A stretch of DNA of 39,917 bases from Phoronis australis (Eukaryota; Animalia; Phoronida): assembly GCA_002633005.1 (NCBI GenBank), contig NMRA01000857.1, positions 16,012 through 55,928 on the forward strand, read 5' to 3'. This document shows, piece by piece, positions 32,670-39,917 of this stretch. Every line of letters begins with the position of its first letter. Position 1 is the first letter of the stretch. The position numbers and the translations under genes were made by a program. The notes under the pieces were generated by a model, which did no database searches, was not told the DNA's origin, and saw only the letters and a list, made by a program, of their open reading frames with translations.

Positions 32670-34065
32670 AAAAAAGCAAAACTGCTACTAGGAGGGGCCA
32701 CAGTAGTTGAAGTTGTAGGAAAATTATCGTCAACCGTCCTATTCACATTAGGAACATGTAAGCCAATTTTCACAATCATTCTTAGAGTGGTTTGATTGAT
32801 GGAGGGGCGGATCGACGCCAAAAACAGACTAGAAAACAGTAAAAATGGCCACTAGAGAGTGCGCGATATGTCGAATCCATCCCAAAACGGAAACATGTCA
32901 TTACTTCCTAAATAGAAAGCTATTTCCAGATTTTTATAGAAATCTGTCACGAAACTTCAGAGAAACAGAGGAAAACGGAAAAAATAAATCGCCACTAGGG
33001 TGCACGACGTTCGTCGGATCAGTCTGAAAGCCGTCGCCGTCTGTTGTAAACTTCATACATATACATTTTCTAAGCTTAATTAAGATCCAGCAGTATATTT
33101 AAGAGATAAGCTATGAACGCAAAAAAGACAAAACTGCCACTAGGAGGCGCCACAGTACCCGACGTTGTCGGAAAATCATCGTCAATAATCCTCCTAACAC
33201 TATGAACATATATGCCAATTTTCACAATAATCCTTTAGAGTGGTTTAGTTTATAAAGAGGCAGACGCCTAAAACAGGCTTGAAAACAGTAAAAATGACAA
33301 CTAAATGGCGCAAAATGCCTCGAATCCATCCGAAAAACGGCAACATATCCGTTCTTTAATCGAAAGCTATTGCCAAAATTTCATAAAAATCTGTCAAGGG
33401 ACTTCAGAGAAAGAGAGGAAAACAGAAAAAAATGAAATTGCCACTACGGGGCATCGTCCGTCTTTGTCAACTTCAAATAAATACACTGCCAAATTTAATA
33501 AAGAACCTGCAGTGGGTTTAGCACATTGAGCTATGGGAGCAAAAAAAAACAAAACTGCCACTAAGAGGCGCCACAGTTGTCGAAGTCGGTGGAAAATCAT
33601 CGTCAACTGTCCTTTTTACACTAAAAACATTGTGTGCCAATTTTCACAATAATCCTTAGAATGGTTTGGTTGGTAAAGGGGTGGACACAAAAAACAGACA
33701 CTAAGCAGTAAAAATGACCACTAGGTGGCGCAAAATACTTCGAATCCGTCCGAAAATAAAAAAAAATAATATCATCGTACAAATTGATACCTATGTGCCA
33801 AATTTCATGAAAATCCGTTGAGGGCCTTTGAAGATACAGAGGTAAACGTAAAAAACTACAATTGCCCCTAGGGGACACACCGGTAGTCGGATCCGTCCGC
33901 AATTCGTCGTCATCTGCCGTTAGCTTCATAGGAACACATCTACCAAATCTCACCAAGATCCTGTAAGGGGTTTCGGAGATAGAGCTGCGGGCGCTGCACA
34001 CCCGGACGCCCAGACAGAGATGATGGCAATATGCACCCACATATGAAAATGTGGGCGCATAAAAA
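32670..34065 (-). mobile_element. Helentron/DINE-1-like (HINE, pearl-type) element with an internal array of about 150-bp monomers (ABC x3)
   Basis: Minus-strand 5' end TTTTTATGCGCCCACAT..ATGTGGGTGCAT..CATCTCTGTC matches 39831 onward; nine related monomers at 32684-33878; 3' end not located. Confidence 0.75.
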
Positions 34066-35290
34066 GAACACATCCAAGCTATTGGGTGCTTCTAGAACAC
34101 TGTGGATCATCCCGTCAACTATTACTGCTAAAGACACCCATGAAACTGAGGTAAACAAAGATGTCAGTTTGGCTGACGTTCATATTCAGCAAATGAATAA
34201 ATACAGAAAAAATACACGTTGAGGTAAATCGTGTACTATTTTTGTTCAAATCATTACAAGTAAACCAATAGCAATATATTATGAAAACGATGATGACAAT
34301 ATTCTTAAAGGAATGTATCAAATCCATTTTTGAAATGTTATTTTATTTCATGTTTTTGGCTTGTGGCGCAAAACACGCCCGTGACAGCCGTCATTGTTTT
34401 TGGGAAGTTTTCCACTTAATACCTGAAGTGGTTTTTGAGATACAAGGAGGGGAAAATGCGGCCCTCCTGTGGAGTCAGTGCACGAGGTACATGCACACCA
34501 TTCAAAGCGTCTATTGTTTCAAAATACCACCATCTTTATTTTGGCGATATTTTTAAAACTAGTCGGCGTATTCACGAGTGGTTTTCATTATTGTTTTTGA
34601 AAAATAATGTGTTCTAATAATATATCAATTTTAATAAAATCTTGGGCAATTTTTTAATTTATTTGTCAAAGCCGGGATTCTGTTTTTCGACCCCTTGTGT
34701 TCTCGATTGACTATTCTACATAAACATCCACGCAACGGATCTGTCACTGCTGGGACGGCTTGTCCTCCGAAGCTGTTACCTAGAGTCGTAATTCGGAAAA
34801 CTGTCATTTCTTTCTGTGGTCCGGAAAATTTCGACTTAACCGAGATAGGTTTTAGTCACCATTTGTAGCTCTTACTTGGACACATAATAGAACAAGCTTT
34901 GTATTTACACCTCATTCCTCTCTAATGTCGTATCATGGGCACTAAACTCACTTTAATTTAGAGATTTAAGCCAAAACTGGTTATTGCGCCTGAATTACTT
35001 TAAATGGATCAGGTAACAACTGTAATCCTTTCGAAAAATTCCTCCTGCTCTAAAAGGAGTTCCAGGGAGTTCGAGGGATACCAAATGGGCCGCCCCGCAA
35101 CTCGGTCCAAGCCGCGCCTTGTCGATTTAGCAGACTTTGTAAGCAGTAGTCAAAATTGCTCCAAACATTTCAGGGTTGGCATTATTTTGTCGAGAATTGT
35201 ATCTTGATGTTTATGTTTATGTTAGTATAGCCACCACTGTTACTGTCAATCACTTGGCTCCTCCCACCAGTGGCAACATATTCCTTCATA

Positions 35291-35510
35291 AATAATTAAT
35301 TTACGCCGTTAGTTATTAATTTAGGACACTAACAACAATTAGGCAGCAAAAAATAACTTTTTAATACTCTTTTTGAAATCAATTTACAGCACAAATAGTT
35401 AATTTACGCTGTTAAAAATTGAGTTACGCCGCAAATAATTAATTTACATCGTTAATGGTTAATTTACGCCACTAACAAGAAGTAATTTACTCAAGTAATT
35501 TGCTTACGTA
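35291..35510. repeat. Degenerate minisatellite of about 21 bp (core TTAATTTACGCC)
   Basis: Repeated AATTAATTTACGCCG / TTAATTTACGCTG / TTAATTTACATCG variants. Confidence 0.7.
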
Positions 35511-35785
35511 ACGTTCGCCCATTTAGCCAACAATAGGCCGCCAGGATATACAAAACAGATTCGACAAACCTAGATTGAATTCATGAAAGGTACTGAATTC
35601 ACACACGGTAGGATAGACGAAACAGAATCAATTAAACAGCATCGAATTAAAAAAACAGGATAGAATATACAAAACAACATTGTGTTCACGACATGGAATC
35701 GATTGGCGTGGATTGAATTGATGAAATAACGTTGACTGAACAACTTGTGATTGAACTGTAGTACAATTGGCATTGGGTTTATTAA

Positions 35786-36601
35786 AGGAGAATGTCACCC
35801 AAAAACAACCTATTTTGTATTAATTTAGATCGAGCAGTTCTACTCGATAACAGCATGTTCGGTTGCGTTACCCGATGTAATTGGTTTCACACGCAGTCTA
35901 TTCAGCAGTTCACAACACGCTTGAATTCATCCGACGGTTAAATCATCAAACTTCGACGTAAAACCCTTAAAAATACACCGAGTTCTTATAAAAACGTGTT
36001 GTTGTTTTATTTCAATGTTACGGATTTACTGGTATTTGGACACACCGTAGCCTACAAAGTTCGGCAGGCCAATTTACCAAGTCCGTAGCAGGAGTTTGGG
36101 GTCTGTTCGGAGATAAATTCGAAGTATTCTTCCGTGAAATACAGACAGGAGAACCTAGATCTTTGTTGTTTATACTTGTCATTTTTTGAGTTCTAAACAC
36201 ACAAAACGCTTGTTATCCCGGCCAGTGGCTCGGAACCCCTAGGCCCGTCGCAGCCGGCGTCGGGACTGGCACGAACAGAAACCAGCCTGAGTTGGAAACT
36301 AAACCTCCAGTTACGAAATAACGTGCACGTAATTATTTATGTGAATTAGCCACGAAACTGAAAATCTACTTACTTGTCGGGGGCCGCGAAGTTCGGACAA
36401 GCAGGAAAGATGCACCGCAATATTGCGGCATTATAGTTCACTCTGCAGACGAACCCCTGACGTCGCTGCGTCGTTTCTCACTTTCCTCTCAGGTTAACGC
36501 GACACCTCTCGGCAAGGTGAGTTCGATCGTATTAAGAGGCAATGTGGATATAGACCGATTAAGACGGTAAAAAGACTAATTAAATCGGGTGGCATTCTCC
36601 T
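35786..36601. mobile_element. Kolobok-type non-autonomous DNA transposon (816 bp)
   Basis: TTAA|AGGAGAATGTCACCC ... GGGTGGCATTCTCCT|TTAA: 15-bp TIR starting with purines and a TTAA TSD. Confidence 0.85.
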
Positions 36602-37681
36602 TTAATGTAATTGCATATACAATTCGATGTTTTTGCTACAGATTGTGTTTGTCCAAAGATTATACAACACTATCTTAAACAGGTATATGAAGCGAATCAT
36701 GAAAAAATCTCTACTAAACTCATTGTTTTCCAATTCTCCGGCGGGTAGTAATGCCTCTATTGAAATAATCGATGGGGTCACGTAAGTTTCAACACCAGGG
36801 GTCTCCACTATGAAAATGTACGCGTGAACCTTGTGTTTGAAAAGAGCACCTTGCTGCACTTCCATTGAACACTTGAAATCGGATCTCTCAAAGTCCCAGT
36901 GGCATTGCGGTCGTTTCGCTCGAGCAAATAAAGCTGACCTACTTGTTGTACGAAATAATGGGACTATAAATAGTGGCTTGTTGTTCTACGGGAAATTCTG
37001 ACCCAGTTGTTCATCAGCTCCGTGGTCAGCCGCTGAGCAGTGTAAAGCCGTATCATTAGGCCATAAGTCCATTCGACTCTGGGAAGCCTAGAAAATCACC
37101 AGACCTGCCAAGGGGGTATAACAACTTTGCTGGAGGTTGGTTGAAATTTTGCTTGAGATTGGACAAATTTGCTCAAATTTTGCTTGAGGTTCCTGGCGAT
37201 ATCTTCACCTAACTATCAAACTTTATATATTGGAATGTATTTATGACAGGTTTTCATGGTTTATTAGCTTGGTAGTTCCTGTACATGTTCAGTTTAAAGT
37301 TATTATTGCTACCTCTTGACATATATTTACAACTCATCCCAGTCCAAGCTAATCTTCCCCATTGGTTATAATTTATATTTTGCACACATTCTGATTGGTC
37401 GAAAAGGTTTACTTGCATGTTGTATGTTTATACTGTCACACCAGAAGCTTTGAATACATCATACCTAACATTCTCTACGAACCACCTCGCTTGGAGAAAT
37501 TGGAATTTTTGCACGTTTGAAAGTCCTTCCTGACTGTGCACTAGTGCCGACTCGAACGTGTCAAAAAAGGTAGTCCAGTTTTAAATAGCACCACCAAATT
37601 TCAGTAGCTGCACTGGTTTCGGTAGATTTGTCATTTTTACCGAATGTGAAGCCGTTATCGATGCAGGGCCTGTTGTAAAAG

Positions 37682-39681
37682 CAGTGGCGGATCTACGTTT
37701 TCAGTAAGAGGGGGGGGGGTTAGGATTCCCGCAAAGGTCGAATCCCAGGCGCGTGGCGCCGAGAGGGGGGAGGTCGAGAGGGGGGTTTCCCTTCTCCCGT
37801 GTAAGACATTTTTTGTTTTTGTAGCCAAATAGTGAAATTTCCATGCATCCTGGTAAGTTCCTGGCACTTAACATGTCTCTGGAGTTTTTATTAAGATAAT
37901 TAAAAACCCTTCTCGATTTCGTCACATGAACTTGGCTCATAAGTTTCGTGAAACCATATTGTGCACATCTGGGTATGAGTCACGTCACCAGCAAAAATTT
38001 TTGTTGAAACATCTGTTTACATAAACCTTTTTTAGCATACGAAAAGTCTTATACGAAAAAGTGTGGTGCCGTATACAGGAGTTTAGACAGCTTCCAAATA
38101 TTCAAGAGCATAAGGAGCACCGACGAGGCGTAAAAACATGAATATCAGATGATCGCGTATTAGCAGCCTCAAGTTGTTTAAGAACGAAGACCTGTACTGT
38201 TAGTCCGGAAATAAACATGCGTTCTGTCTCGTTACGAGAAAAACTGGCGAACGATGGTGCTCTCAGCTCTTAGTCCATTATTAAAAGCGACAATAAATAA
38301 TCAAATATCACTTTATTAAACTCAATCAAGTTGACAACAATTGAAAAACGTCAACTGTATCAGGAAACAAATCATCTGAAAACAGTTTCACGAAACCAAA
38401 ACATTCTGAGCACAATGGTGAAAAGATATACTGGACAAGTTTGCAGAGGGACCAGACGTACACTGAAACTCAAAATCTACACAAATCAAGCTGGCCTGGT
38501 CCTTCGCGAGAACTAAAGTGTACTATGCAAAAAAATTGAATTGATAACTTGGTTACTCATACATTATTCCTATCCTTCTGTTGTCTGGACTGCCGAGGAA
38601 TCTGTATATCGGATCCAATTTTTTGCTCCTCTTGGAACCATTCTACCCAGATATCTTCGATGTTTGTTCACAACGCTTGCACTTCATCAACTGCTGTGTT
38701 AATGAGCTTGTAAGCCTCTACAATGTCAGCATCTCCTTTCGCAGCTCAGTTGGCACTAAAACCCTTGAGGTTGCCAAGTCCATTCAAAAGACTTACATGC
38801 GCAACTAAATTTGATCCGTTCATCATGGACTATTTCAAACCTTGACGATGTATCCCAGGACCTATTTACATCTCTTGTAATTTTCGAAATAAACGTCCCA
38901 ATGTCTGAACGCTTGAAACCCGAAGTACTAACATCAGATAAATGCTCATGGGCATGAGCGTTTCATCGGGTGGGCATTTCTGCGGTATGCTTATTGCAGG
39001 TAGAAAGACGGTAGCTGTTGAGGTCGGAACTAGGGCTCCTTAGGAGGCCTATTGAACACCGCACGAGTCCCGCAAGACTTTGTTGTGAAAGAACAGCCTC
39101 CCCGCAATTTCTGGTACTGTACACTGTTCACGAATGCCCCCTTAGTCATTCCTTGAATAGACATAACTTGTTAGAGTGTATCTTCAAACGGACTCGCGAC
39201 CAGACCACGGCGCCCGCCACAATAGCAATTCTAGCAATAGTACATGATGAGGTAAAAACGCTGCACGTCAATTCGCCTGAATATCAGGGTTGCGGCACCA
39301 CAGTATTTCCCCTAATCAAATCAAAAAATATCTTAGAGTAAAGAAGCTAGTTACCTTAAGAAATCAGCTATAGAACTGCTCTTTCAGCGGTGGATCCATT
39401 TAAAATGCTTGGCTACTTTAGAAGTGTCGACGGGAGCGCGCGCACAATTGATCTCCGCGCGTTTTGCCGATGAGCCACGAAGACTCAGCAATTCACAATG
39501 CAAAAAAATATATTTTCAGAGTGAACCCCCCCCTCAATTTTTTCCAAGATGGTGTACTTGGGGTTTACACACGCTAGCGGTGCCGTTTTTGTTTTTCTGG
39601 AGACGTTATTTTATATTTGGGTCATGGCCCAAGGGGGGGGGGGGTTTGAACCCCCTGAACCCCCCCAGTGATCCGCCAGTG
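37682..39681 (-). mobile_element. About 2-kb decayed hAT-like transposon with CAGTGGCGGATC TIRs and probable 5-bp TSD
   Basis: TIRs CAGTGGCGGATC / GATCCGCCAGTG; flanks AAAAG / AGAAG; internal transposase-like remnant. A further terminus-like CAGCGGTGGATC lies at 39385. Confidence 0.6.
38440..38990 (-). pseudogene. hAT (Tip100/PRKRIR-like) transposase remnant
   Basis: 38560-38735 reads DADIVEAYKLINTAVDEVQAL*TNIEDIWVEWFQEEQKIGSDIQIPRQSRQQKDRNNV; a PTR* (PTRW-like) piece lies near 38965; stops and frameshifts present. Confidence 0.7.
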
Positions 39682-39830
39682 AGAAGAGGCCTGCTCCAGG
39701 AATAGAGCAATTTTTGCCCGTTGTTTATAGGCGTCCGTATTATAATTGTCCAATTCCTCGATCGTATGTTCGATGTCGTTCTCGTCGACAAGGTCAAGGA
39801 CGCTATTGTCCAGAGTTGCTATTAATTCAA

Positions 39831-39917
39831 TTTTTATGCGCCCACATATTTATATGTGGACGCATTATGCCGTCATCTCTGTCCGTCCGTCCGTCCGTCC
39901 GTCCGTCCGTCCGTCCG
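39831..39917 (+). mobile_element. 5' end of a HINE element with (GTCC)n microsatellite, running off the window
   Basis: TTTTTATGCGCCCACAT-ATTTAT-ATGTGGACGCAT..CATCTCT then (GTCC)n at 39881-39917; the subTIR plus GTCY microsatellite layout is typical of DINE-1/HINE. Confidence 0.8.

Noticed and set aside
39018-39341. + strand LYTVHECPLSHSLN resembling the hAT HCxxHxLN motif
   Set aside because: Opposite strand to the convincing transposase remnant and the spacing is imperfect; treated as coincidence pending an HMM search.

Overview
AT-rich animal genomic DNA, most likely a bilaterian invertebrate (spliceosomal introns, two N gaps, many invertebrate-type transposons). Three host genes are supported. 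(1) The last two visible coding exons of anillin (+, 1165-1792), with the middle of the PH domain lost in an N gap. (2) A complete 10-exon TCAIM gene (-, 19099 to 5251, 465 aa), assembled by hand with consistent GT-AG phases. (3) An intronless rhodopsin-class, melatonin-receptor-like GPCR (+, 22460-23494) with altered activation motifs. The rest is mostly mobile DNA: CR1/L2-type LINE and Penelope fragments, Kolobok-, piggyBac-, Harbinger- and mariner-like MITEs, a CAGTGGCGGATC family with 5-bp TSDs and a hAT transposase remnant, and Helentron/DINE-1-like (HINE) elements. The most notable signal is a HINE whose ~150-bp monomers form an ABC higher-order array in which each monomer starts with a co-oriented CTCF-like motif (32684-33878). 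Also notable are a 56-bp micro-MITE with a perfect 9-bp TSD 25 nt upstream of the TCAIM start codon, and a tRNA-Glu-derived Pol III promoter inside a dispersed repeat. Family assignments come from recognising motifs by eye; no database searches were run.
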